A DNA stretch of 64,000 nt from an uncultured Gemmatimonadales bacterium (GTDB lineage Bacteria > Gemmatimonadota > Gemmatimonadetes > Gemmatimonadales > Gemmatimonadaceae): positions 480,001 through 544,000 of the forward strand of contig OY969695.1 in assembly GCA_963701965.1 (NCBI GenBank), read 5' to 3'. A program made the translations under genes and the position numbers. The first letter of the stretch is position 1. Each line of letters opens with the position of its first letter. The notes below the pieces were generated by a model. It was not told the DNA's origin. It did no database searches and was given only the letters and a program-made list of their open reading frames with translations. Below are positions 38,677-50,397 of the stretch, one piece after another.

Positions 38677-39130
38677 CGACGATCATCTTGCGGACGTCCT
38701 TCTGGCCGTCCACTTCCAACTGATACAGATACAACCCCGACGCGACCGGATGCTTGTCGGCCAACGACGCGCCATTCCAGTACGCGGTATACCTGCCACA
38801 GGTGAGTTGTACCTCTTCGAGCGGCTGCCCGCCGGCCAGCGTGATGGTGCCATTTTGGAGCACCGGGACCGCGACCAACTGGGCCAACAAGTTGTATATC
38901 CGGAGACTGACCTTGTACTGCCGCGCCGGTTCCGCACACGTCGAGTCACCGACCGTGAACGGGATCCGTGTCTCCGAAACGAAGGGGTTTGGGTAGTTCG
39001 GCCCCAGAAATAACCCAGTACCGCGCTTCCCCGGCGCCGCGGGCGGACCTGCCCCCTGCGCCGAGCTTTGCCGCGGTACCAACGCACCGAGAGCAAGCAC
39101 GAATATCAGTGCCGCCCAACGGTTGACCAT
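38669..39130 (-). CDS. secreted protein made almost only of a T9SS type-A sorting/FlgD-Ig-like domain
   Basis: Signal peptide, then LGPNYPNPF-ETRIPF, VSLRIYNLLAQLV, YWNG, VASGLYLYQL and RKMIVVK. Confidence 0.8.
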   Translation of the reverse strand: MVNRWAALIFVLALGALVPRQSSAQGAGPPAAPGKRGTGLFLGPNYPNPFVSETRIPFTVGDSTCAEPARQYKVSLRIYNLLAQLVAVPVLQNGTITLAGGQPLEEVQLTCGRYTAYWNGASLADKHPVASGLYLYQLEVDGQKDVRKMIVVK

Positions 39131-39217
39131 GTTGACGCTCCGACTGACGAAGAAAAGCTGCCCGAAGACTCCTGGATACGTTAGAGCAATGGTGGAGTGC
39201 TGCCTTGTGTAAAAGCT

Positions 39218-39247
39218 ACGATAGAACTCCACCCATGGGACTGTCAA
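39218..39247 (-). promoter_or_regulatory. putative sigma70 promoter
   Basis: TTGACA-N18-TATCGT in AT-rich intergenic DNA upstream of 39130. Confidence 0.45.
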
Positions 39248-39275
39248 GCACGATAAACAGACGTTGACACGTAAT

Positions 39276-41120
39276 TTACGCCGGTTGCACGATGCGACCC
39301 GATTCGCGCCGCACGGTCACCATCTGGCGATCACAATATTCCAACAAGGGAATCAAATACTTCCGCGAAACGCGCAACACGTCCCGTAATTCTGACGGCC
39401 CATAGGCCCGTCCGGTCTCAGTGCCCCGACGGAGATCGGCCACCACGGCCTCGAGAGCCGACACCGCATAATATCGGTCCGGCTCAACTTGAACGACGAT
39501 TCCACGACGGTCGAGATAGCGTAGCACGAGCCCCACCTCCTGACCGAGCGTCGCCGCCAATTCGCTCACGCTCGGCGGCTCCCGACCCGACTCATGCAGG
39601 ACCCGGTCCACCGCCGCAATGGTCGACTGCTGCGCCGCCGATGGGGTCGGCGACCACCCCCTCCGGTACACCAATCCCCGCTCCACGACCACGTCACCAT
39701 GCTCCACCAGCTGGCGAACCGCCGCATCCGCCACCGCTACGGGCAGCCCAACCGCACTGCGCAATGACTGTAATGACAACCCATCCTCGAGCGGCTCCCG
39801 CTTGTGGAAATCGTTCACGTCCGCCTTGATGCGGTCGGCCGCATCGCGAATCAACATTATATCAAACAGCCTATCACCAATACAGACAACAGTATCGCTA
39901 GCCTGATGGAATGTTGATTGGATATCACGATTCGTGATACCCAGACGCACGGGCAGGCTCGTCGCGGCCACGCCCGCACCGCCCGCGTCCCCCACCAAGA
40001 GCGCGAGCCGCTCGCGGATACTCAATCCCGCACGCGACCACACCCGAACCCGACGGCCCGACGGAGCGGGATCCGTGATGGTACCGCCACCAAGAGTGGA
40101 CACTGGAGAGACGGTTCGGAGGACAAAGCGATCCCCCGCCCTCCCTACCACCGGATCGTCCAACACTACCCGGACCGGACGAGGATCCTCGCCGATCTCG
40201 AGCGGACCACCCGCCGACACGACCCGCGCGCCCACGTCGCGCGTGCCGAGATGAAATCGCACGCGCGTCCGGGGACCGAGCGGCGGCCCGCCGCGCCGCA
40301 CGACGTCGGCACGCAGGACGCGGGTCTCGACCCACCCCGCATCGTCCACCAGCGTCGAACCGCGCGGCACATCCGCGACCTCGACCCCACTGAGACCGAT
40401 CGCGGCGCGCATACCCGACGTCACCCGGTCCACCGGCCGGCCGTGCGACTCGAGGCCGCGAACTCGCGCTTCGCGGTCACCCGGGAAAATGCGCACGACG
40501 GCGTCACGCTCCAGCGTCCCGCTCCACACCGTTCCGGTCACGACGGTGCCGGTGCCGCGGATGGTGAAGGCGCGGTCGACCGGCAGCCGAAAGAGATCGG
40601 CGCCATCCCGGGGCAGCGCCGCGCGCGCCGCATCGGCCAGCGCCACGCGCAGGTCGGCGAGACCGGCGCCGCTCGACGCCGACGTCGCGACAATGGGCGC
40701 GGCAGCCAATGGCGTCCCCTGGAGCATGACACGCACATCGTCCTCGACCAGCGCCAACCACTCCGCGTCGACGAGATCCATCTTGGTCAGGGCAATGGCC
40801 CCCCATTGGATCCCCAGCAGCTCCAGAATGGCCAGATGCTCGCGGGTCTGCGGCATCGGCCCCTCGTCGGCCGCGACCACCAGGAGCGCCAGGTCGATGC
40901 CGCTGGCGCCCGCCAACATCGTGCGCACGAAGGCCTCGTGGCCCGGTACATCGACGACGCCGACCGTGCCGACGCCGTCCAGCACCAAGGGCGCGAACCC
41001 GAGCTCGATCGTGATCCCGCGCCGCCGTTCCTCCGGCAGACGGTCGGTGTCGACTCCGGTCAGGGCTTTCACCAGGGCGGTCTTCCCGTGATCGATATGA
41101 CCCGCGGTGCCGACGATCAT
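39276..41120 (-). CDS. selB: selenocysteine-specific elongation factor
   Basis: GTAGHIDHGKT, RGITIELGFA, DVPGHE-FV, C-terminal SRKYLIPLLEY-D winged helix. Confidence 0.95.
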   Translation of the reverse strand: MIVGTAGHIDHGKTALVKALTGVDTDRLPEERRRGITIELGFAPLVLDGVGTVGVVDVPGHEAFVRTMLAGASGIDLALLVVAADEGPMPQTREHLAILELLGIQWGAIALTKMDLVDAEWLALVEDDVRVMLQGTPLAAAPIVATSASSGAGLADLRVALADAARAALPRDGADLFRLPVDRAFTIRGTGTVVTGTVWSGTLERDAVVRIFPGDREARVRGLESHGRPVDRVTSGMRAAIGLSGVEVADVPRGSTLVDDAGWVETRVLRADVVRRGGPPLGPRTRVRFHLGTRDVGARVVSAGGPLEIGEDPRPVRVVLDDPVVGRAGDRFVLRTVSPVSTLGGGTITDPAPSGRRVRVWSRAGLSIRERLALLVGDAGGAGVAATSLPVRLGITNRDIQSTFHQASDTVVCIGDRLFDIMLIRDAADRIKADVNDFHKREPLEDGLSLQSLRSAVGLPVAVADAAVRQLVEHGDVVVERGLVYRRGWSPTPSAAQQSTIAAVDRVLHESGREPPSVSELAATLGQEVGLVLRYLDRRGIVVQVEPDRYYAVSALEAVVADLRRGTETGRAYGPSELRDVLRVSRKYLIPLLEYCDRQMVTVRRESGRIVQPA

Positions 41121-41881
41121 GCGTCCCACCCGCCGTGCTCCCACACGGCGAACGCCTTGAGCTCGCGCCCCTCGGTCAGATGCTCGGCCACGAACTCGCG
41201 GAGCAGTCGCTGGTGGGCCCGGGCGTCCCCGTCCTCCACGCACGCCGTTCTCCGGCCCGCGATCCACTGTCCGAGCGCCGCGCGCGCGCGCGGAGGCAGC
41301 ATGCGCGACACCGTCACCGATCGCTCACAGTTCCCACAAACCACGCCACCCGCTGGGTAGCTGAACGCCGCCGCCACCTCCGGCGGCAGCGACGCGTGGC
41401 ACGCGCTGCAGGACTCCACGACAGGCGCGAACCCCAGCTCGGCGACCAACGCCCAGGCACCGGCCAGGGCAGCCTCGCGCACGGTCTCCCGCGTCGCGCC
41501 GGCGATGCCGTCGATCGCCATGATGAACGTGTCGTAGAGCGACGATCCCTCCGCCGCGTCCTCCCGGACAAACCGGAGGACCAGCTCCGCCAATGCGGTG
41601 GCCCCCGTGAACCGCCCCGGCACGTCGGCGAGCGCGGTGCGCGAGCGGGTCGGGTCGAACGCCGCCAGGAGCTGCAGGTCGCGCCCGGGCTTGAGGTAGA
41701 GTTGGATGGGCCCTTGGGCAAAGAGATCGACGGCGCTGCCGATCTTTCCCCGTGCCCGCCGCGCGCCCTTGGCGAGGACCGACTGCACGCCAAGATCCCG
41801 CGTCAACAGCCGGTAGATGCGCGAGGATTCGAGGTAGTCGAAGGCATGCAGGACAACGGCCTCGGTCGTGACGAGCGCCAT
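41117..41881 (-). CDS. recO: DNA repair protein RecO
   Basis: AVVL-DY-ESSRI-LLT-G...AKGARR; CxxC...GGVVCxxC. Confidence 0.93.
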   Translation of the reverse strand: MALVTTEAVVLHAFDYLESSRIYRLLTRDLGVQSVLAKGARRARGKIGSAVDLFAQGPIQLYLKPGRDLQLLAAFDPTRSRTALADVPGRFTGATALAELVLRFVREDAAEGSSLYDTFIMAIDGIAGATRETVREAALAGAWALVAELGFAPVVESCSACHASLPPEVAAAFSYPAGGVVCGNCERSVTVSRMLPPRARAALGQWIAGRRTACVEDGDARAHQRLLREFVAEHLTEGRELKAFAVWEHGGWDA

Positions 41882-41890
41882 TCCCCAAAG

Positions 41891-43160
41891 CTAACGGAGC
41901 GCGGCCTCCACCGACGCGAGCCGCCGCTCGAGAAAGCGCCGCTCAGGCACGAGACTGGTCAGCGCCAGGGCCCGGCGGTACGCGCGCGCCGCCTCCTGCC
42001 ACCGCCCGAGACGCCGGTTGAGATCGGCCTGCGCCGACGGCAAGAGGTGGTGGGCGGCGAGCTCCCCGTCCCGCTCCAACGCCTCCAGCAGCTCGAGCCC
42101 GCGTTCCGGCCCATCGGCCATCGCCACCGCCACGGCGCGATTGAGCCCGACGACCGGCGTCGGCGTCAGGCGGTACAAGTGATCGTAGAGGGCCGCGATC
42201 TGCGGCCAGTCGGTGTCGGTGGCCCGCGCGGCGCGCGCGTGCAGCGCCGCGATGGCCGCCTGCAAGGCATAGGTGTCGGCCCGTCCCGCGCGCAACACGG
42301 CCTCGGTTCGGGCCAACCCCTCGGCGATCTCCGCGCCATCCCAGAGTGCCCGATTCTGCTCCTCCAGCAACACGATCTCGCCGTCCGATCCGATGCGCGC
42401 CGCCCGGCGGGAATCGTGCAACAGCATGAGCGCGAGCAATGCCTCGGCCTCGGTGACAGCCGGCAAGAGCTCCACGACGAGCCGCCCCAGCCTGATCGCT
42501 TCCGCGCACAGCTCCCGCCGGACCAGCGCGTCCCCGGCCGTCGCCGCGTAGCCCTCGCTGAAGACGAGATAGATGACGGCCAACACCACCGTCACGCGCT
42601 CCGGCAGCGCGTCGGCCGATGGCACGTGGTACGGGATCCCGGCCTCCCGGATCTTCGCCTTGGCCCGCACCAACCGCTGCGCCATCGTCGGCACCGGCAC
42701 GAGGAAGAGCCGCGCGATCTCCTCGGTCCCCAGCCCGCAGACCGTCCGCAGCGTGAGCGCCACCTGGGCGTCCGGCGACAGCGCGGGGTGACAGCACGTG
42801 AAGATCAATCGCAACCGGTCGTCGGCGACAGTGGCGTCGATCGGGATGGCCTGCTCGGCATCATCAGTGGGACCCTCGGCGAGCAGCGCCATGAGCTCCG
42901 GCCTCTTCTCGGCGAACCGCGCTTCCCGCCGCATTCTGATCGATGGCCCGATGCCGCCCGGCGCTCACCAACCAGGCCCGCGGATTGTTGGGCACGCCGT
43001 CGCGGGGCCACCGTTCGGCAGCCGCGGCGACGGCATCTTGCAGCGCCTCCTCGGCGAGATCGAAATCGCCGAGGAGACGGATGAGCGTCGCCAGAATGCG
43101 CCGGGACTCGTCGCGATAGATGCGCCCGAGCGCCTCCGTCGCGACGGTCGCCCGATTCAC
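41891..43160 (-). CDS. ECF sigma factor with C-terminal TPR-like extension (ECF42-type), frameshift at ~42934
   Basis: [10 protein letters not shown]...[38 protein letters not shown] and LNRAVA. Confidence 0.88.
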
Positions 43161-43513
43161 ATCTTGGGCGTCGGCCACAGCGGGCGCACCTCGATGGAAC
43201 CGCCACGCGCCGAGGGCACCTTGGCCGCGACCTGCAGGGCGTCGTCCAGGTTCTGGGCCTCGATGATGTAGTAGCCGCCCAGCTGCTCGCGGGTCTCGGC
43301 AAATGGCCCGTCGGTCGACTGCACCTTGCCGTTCCGGACGCGCACCGTCGTCGCGGCCCGGACGGGATGGAGACGGCCGGAGGCGCGGTGCTGGCCCGTT
43401 TTGATGACGGCCTCGCTGAACGCCCGGTACTCCTTGACCATGCCGCCTTGCTGCTCCTCGGTCATGTTGTTCCAGTTGGCTTCGTTCTCGTAAATCATCA
43501 GCATGTATTCCAT
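43157..43513 (-). CDS. YciI/DGPF family protein
   Basis: ATTVR...TDGPFAETREQLGGYYII...IEVRP. Confidence 0.92.
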   Translation of the reverse strand: MEYMLMIYENEANWNNMTEEQQGGMVKEYRAFSEAVIKTGQHRASGRLHPVRAATTVRVRNGKVQSTDGPFAETREQLGGYYIIEAQNLDDALQVAAKVPSARGGSIEVRPLWPTPKM

Positions 43514-43530
43514 GATACGCTCCGTGAGAG

Positions 43531-44340
43531 TCACCCCTTAGTCGAACGGGACCCCCGGGGATCGACAGCCGTGCGTAACGGGACGAGCATCGGAGCCCCA
43601 ACGGCCGGATCCCGGGTCACGACCAGGGGCCACTCGTAGACCGCCTCCAGAACGGCCCCCTGCATGACGTCGGCGACCCCGCCCGCCGCCGCCACGCGTC
43701 CGTGGTGCAACAGAACGACGGCGTCGGCGAACCGGGCCACGAGATTGAGCTGATGGCTCACCAGGAGGACGGCGAGACCGCCCCGCGCCAGCTCGGCCAG
43801 GAGCTCAAACAGCGCCATCTCGTGGGCGACGTCCAGGAATGTGGTCGGCTCGTCGAGCACGAGGGCGTCCCCGCCCTGCGCCAGCGCCCGGGCGATCCGG
43901 AGCCGCTGCCATTCGCCGCCGGAGAGTTGATCCGTGCGCCGCGTGAGGAGCGCCGCGACGCCCGCCCGCTCGGCAGCCGCGTCGATGGCGGGGTCGTCGG
44001 CGCGGGGCCCAAGAAAGAGCCCGCCGTGCGCATAGCGTCCCAGCGCGACGTACTCGCGGCCTACCAGCGGGAACGCGGGCTCGTCGCGCTGCGTCACCAC
44101 CGCCACGCGTCGGGCCACCTCGCGGCGTGTGAGTTCCCTCACATCCGTCCCGTGCAATAGGATCGAGCCATCGGCGATGGCGACACGTCCGATGAGCGCG
44201 CGCACGAGCGTGCTCTTGCCGCTGCCATTCGGTCCCACGACGGCGGTGAGCGCGCCCCGGCCGGCGGTCAGGGTGACGCCGTCGAGCGCCGCGGTGACGG
44301 CGCCGGGATACCGCACGACGAGACGGTCGACGGCGATCAT
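43531..44340 (-). CDS. ABC transporter ATPase (BtuD/FecE type)
   Basis: GPNGSGKST, LSGGEWQR, LDEPT-FLD, SHQLN. Confidence 0.93.
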   Translation of the reverse strand: MIAVDRLVVRYPGAVTAALDGVTLTAGRGALTAVVGPNGSGKSTLVRALIGRVAIADGSILLHGTDVRELTRREVARRVAVVTQRDEPAFPLVGREYVALGRYAHGGLFLGPRADDPAIDAAAERAGVAALLTRRTDQLSGGEWQRLRIARALAQGGDALVLDEPTTFLDVAHEMALFELLAELARGGLAVLLVSHQLNLVARFADAVVLLHHGRVAAAGGVADVMQGAVLEAVYEWPLVVTRDPAVGAPMLVPLRTAVDPRGSRSTKG

Positions 44341-45311
44341 TCCCCGCGCCGGAGCCGGGTGAGAAAGAACGGCACACCGATGAGCGCCGTGATGGCGCCC
44401 AGTGGCAAATCCGCCGGCGGCCGGAGCGCGCGCGCCGCGATGTCCGCCGCGACGACGAGCGAGGCGCCGGTGAGCGCGGAGGCAGCCAGAATCGCGCGGT
44501 GCCGGCGCGCGCCGGCGCTGCGCGCGACGTGCGGCACGACGAGCCCCACAAAGCCGACGAGACCGGCCGCCGCGACCGTGGCGGCGGCGACCAACGCCGC
44601 GGCCAGAAAGATCCGGCGACTCGCGCGGTCGACGTCGACGCCGACCGCCGCGGCGGCGTCGGGCCCCAACGCCAATGCGTCGATCTCGGGCGCCCAGATG
44701 AGCAGCAGGACGGCGCCGACGCCGAGATAGCCGGCCAACCACGCGACGCGCGGCCAATCGGCGTCGGCCACCGACCCCATCATCCACCAAATCGCCCCGC
44801 GCACGGTGTCGGGCGGGGCCGAGGCGAGCGCCACCATGATGGCGGCATTGGCGAACGCGCCCACGATCACGCCGGCCATGAGCAGCACCCGGGGGTCGCC
44901 ATGGCCGCCGCTGGCGCGGGCGATGCCCAACACCACGACGACCGCGACCACCGCGCCCAGGAGCGCGGCGACCGGCGTGGCGGCGGGGCTGGTCAGCCCG
45001 GCGGCGACGGCGACGACCGCGCCGACGGCGGCGCCGCCGGAGACGCCGAGCAGATACGGTTCGGCCAACCCATTTCTGAGGACGCCCTGCAGCGCGCCAC
45101 CGCTCATGCCCAGCGCGGCCCCGACGAGCGCGGCCAGGACGGCGCGCGGCAGTCGCACGGTGCGCACAATCTCGCGGGTCGTCGTATCCCCTCCGCCCAA
45201 GAGGGCGAGCCAGACGGCATGGAGTGGAATCGCCACCGTGCCAACGACGATCGCCAGGGCGACCAACACGACGAGCACCACGATCGCCGCCACCCAGAGC
45301 CGGCGCGTCAT
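44337..45311 (-). CDS. ABC transporter permease (BtuC/FecCD family)
   Basis: RLPR, RNGLAEPYLLGVSGGA, GFVGLVVPH and LPLG-ITALIGVPFF. Confidence 0.93.
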   Translation of the reverse strand: MTRRLWVAAIVVLVVLVALAIVVGTVAIPLHAVWLALLGGGDTTTREIVRTVRLPRAVLAALVGAALGMSGGALQGVLRNGLAEPYLLGVSGGAAVGAVVAVAAGLTSPAATPVAALLGAVVAVVVVLGIARASGGHGDPRVLLMAGVIVGAFANAAIMVALASAPPDTVRGAIWWMMGSVADADWPRVAWLAGYLGVGAVLLLIWAPEIDALALGPDAAAAVGVDVDRASRRIFLAAALVAAATVAAAGLVGFVGLVVPHVARSAGARRHRAILAASALTGASLVVAADIAARALRPPADLPLGAITALIGVPFFLTRLRRGE

Positions 45312-46174
45312 TGGACGGCGCCCGGATGGAGCAGCGCGGCCAGCGACATCGCGGCCTCGCCGAGACGCACCGAGGGATGGCCGATCAACGTCGTATCGGG
45401 CACGAGCACGCGGGCAGCGCGGAAGCGCCGATCGGCGCGATACTGGTCGGCCGCCGTCGGAGAGACGAAGATCACGGATGGGCGCCGCTCCAACACATCC
45501 TCCACCGACACGACCGGGGACGGCTGCGGCAGCGGGCCATAGACGTTCCGTGCGCCCGCGATCGAGAGCAGCTCGTCGAGGTAGCTGCCGCCGCCGACTG
45601 CCATGAGCGGCGACTGCCAGAGAACCCAGAAGACCGTGGGATGCGGGAGGGGCGCGGTGGCGGCGCGGACCCGCGCCAACGTCCGGTCGACCGAGTCCAC
45701 GACCGTCGCCGCGGCCGCCGAGTCGTCGAGCAGGCGGCCGAGGAGCGTCGCGGCTCGTCGGAAGTCGCTGATGTGATCGACCTTGAGGGAGAGCGTCGCG
45801 ATCCCTAACGCGTGCAGGCGCTGCGCGACCGGGTGATTGTCGGCGCTGGCGTAGAGGAGCACCAGGTCCGGGTGCGCCGAAAGGATCGTCTCGACATTGG
45901 GCCGGAGACCGTCGCCGAGATCGGGGACGGCCCGCGCGGCATCCGGATACGTATCCCATCGGGTACGGCCCACCACGCGGGCACCGGCGCCCATCGTGAA
46001 CAGCAGCTCGGTGGTCGTCGGGTTGAGCGACACAATGCGGGCGAACCGCCCTGCGGCCGGGACCGCGTCGCCAAAATCGTCGACCGCGCCGGCTCGGCCC
46101 GACGACTTGGCGCCGGCGCACGCGGTCGTTGCGGCAAGCACCGCGGCGAGCAGGAGGGTCGGGCGGCGCAGCAC
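45308..46174 (-). CDS. helical-backbone substrate-binding lipoprotein (BtuF-like)
   Basis: TTAC lipobox, DDFG, RIVSL-P-TELLF, PNVE-I and PSVRL. Confidence 0.88.
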   Translation of the reverse strand: MLRRPTLLLAAVLAATTACAGAKSSGRAGAVDDFGDAVPAAGRFARIVSLNPTTTELLFTMGAGARVVGRTRWDTYPDAARAVPDLGDGLRPNVETILSAHPDLVLLYASADNHPVAQRLHALGIATLSLKVDHISDFRRAATLLGRLLDDSAAAATVVDSVDRTLARVRAATAPLPHPTVFWVLWQSPLMAVGGGSYLDELLSIAGARNVYGPLPQPSPVVSVEDVLERRPSVIFVSPTAADQYRADRRFRAARVLVPDTTLIGHPSVRLGEAAMSLAALLHPGAVQ

Positions 46175-46182
46175 CGCGCGCG

Positions 46183-47310
46183 CTATGGCGCCGGCGCGCG
46201 AACGGGCAACATCGCGGTCAGCCGGGATTTGAGGGCGTCCCGCTCCGCGGCGTATGCGGCGCGCTCCTCCTCCGACGGGTTCACCTTCCCCGCGAACGCG
46301 TTGTCGAGCGCCACAATGGCGCCAGCGAGGCGCTCGGTCTCCGACGGCATCACGGCGGCGCCGGCCGCCGTGGCCAGGACCGGCCGCCGGGTGAAGGCGA
46401 GGGCGAGACCCACGAGCATCGCCGCGCCGAGACCGGCAATGAGCATGGCGATGACCAGCGGATGCGGATCCTGGGCCGCCGCCGGCACATCGACATCGAG
46501 CAAGGCGCTGGCCGGGGCGTTCTGCGCGAGAAACCTCCGGAACGTCCGGCCTTCGACGGCCACGGGATTGGTCTCGTGGAGCCCGGGCGCGCGCACCGTG
46601 ACGGCGGGCTCCTCGACGAGCACCTCGAGGACGGATGCCGCCGCGCCGAGGGGCAGGCGCAGCGGAAACGACGTCGGCGGGAGACCGTAGGAGACCGAAA
46701 ACTGTTTCACGCCGGGCGCGAACGGCGCGAACACGTCGGCCCGATGGTGGACCAGTGCGACGGCGTCGGCCGGTACGTCCCCCTGCCCGACGCGAAATCG
46801 CGTCACTTCGTCGGGGACGATCGTGGACCAGGTCGGCCGTTCCGCTTTCGCGCCTCCCGCGATCAAGGTCAACGACGTGTCGTTCGAGATCTCGAAGACC
46901 TCGACGATCGTGCGGAGCTGATCGGCGCCTGGCGCGGCGACAATGAGATGCCGGCCGCGCACGGAGAGCGGCAGCGGTCGCGACGTCGTGTCGAACACGG
47001 TGATCGCCGCGTCGTCGCCCGTCTCGTTGGCGGTGCGCAACGGCTGACTGAAGTAGGCGATCCCATCGTGTGATGACGACACGAAGTAGATCGCTTGGGC
47101 GCTCCCCACCCGGCGATACCGGAACGCATAGTGGCCGTCGGCGTTGGTCCGCATCGAATCGAGCGGCCCGGCGCTGTCCGGGCCGACGCAATGCAGGGTC
47201 ACCCAGGCGCTGGCGACGGGGCGAAATTCCTTGCCGACCTGCCGCATGACCCGGCCGTCGACATGGTTGACGATCTGAAGGAGAAGAAAGCCGAGCACGA
47301 CGGCGTTCAA
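46183..47310 (-). CDS. hypothetical membrane-anchored protein
   Basis: Long ORF in the operon; beta-rich domain, late TM helix, helical tail. Confidence 0.7.
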   Translation of the reverse strand: MNAVVLGFLLLQIVNHVDGRVMRQVGKEFRPVASAWVTLHCVGPDSAGPLDSMRTNADGHYAFRYRRVGSAQAIYFVSSSHDGIAYFSQPLRTANETGDDAAITVFDTTSRPLPLSVRGRHLIVAAPGADQLRTIVEVFEISNDTSLTLIAGGAKAERPTWSTIVPDEVTRFRVGQGDVPADAVALVHHRADVFAPFAPGVKQFSVSYGLPPTSFPLRLPLGAAASVLEVLVEEPAVTVRAPGLHETNPVAVEGRTFRRFLAQNAPASALLDVDVPAAAQDPHPLVIAMLIAGLGAAMLVGLALAFTRRPVLATAAGAAVMPSETERLAGAIVALDNAFAGKVNPSEEERAAYAAERDALKSRLTAMLPVRAPAP

Positions 47311-47828
47311 ATATTGAACTTGCCGAGATCCTCGGGCCGGAGGTTCTCCAACCGCTCCTTGAGCTGTTCCGCCGTCATCTTGAGCTCATCGAGTCGCGCC
47401 TGCGACTCGGCCGCCGGGACCGACTCGTCGCCGTCTTCCTCGACGACGGCCGTCAGGAGCGATTCCTGGGCGAAGATGGGTGCCGAAAGGCGCAGCGCGA
47501 TGGCAATGCTGTCCGACGGCCGGGCATCGATCTGTACCAGCCCTTCGGGCCGCGCGACGTGCAACTCGGCGAAATAGGTGTTCTTCTGGACTTTCGTGAT
47601 CTGCACGCGCCGCAGGGTGCCGCCCAGGCCCACGATCAGATTCTTGCACAGATCGTGGGTCAACGGCCGCTCCCGGCGCACGTTCTTCATCTCCATGACG
47701 ATCGAATCAGCCTCCGGCTGCCCGATCCAGATCGGGAGCAGCCGGTGCCCGTCTTTTTCCTGAAGAATGACGACGTGGCTGTTCGTGGAACTGTCGAGTC
47801 CGAGCTTGGCGACGATGACCTCGACCAT
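47307..47828 (-). CDS. bifunctional nuclease (DUF151) family protein
   Basis: LPIWIG-EA, RPLTHDL and DARPSDSIAIALR. Confidence 0.92.
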   Translation of the reverse strand: MVEVIVAKLGLDSSTNSHVVILQEKDGHRLLPIWIGQPEADSIVMEMKNVRRERPLTHDLCKNLIVGLGGTLRRVQITKVQKNTYFAELHVARPEGLVQIDARPSDSIAIALRLSAPIFAQESLLTAVVEEDGDESVPAAESQARLDELKMTAEQLKERLENLRPEDLGKFNI

Positions 47829-47855
47829 GTGCCCCTTCCCTCCTGCTGCTTCCCG

Positions 47856-50380
<2,525 letters not shown>

Positions 50381-50397
50381 CTTGGGATTTTACGCCC

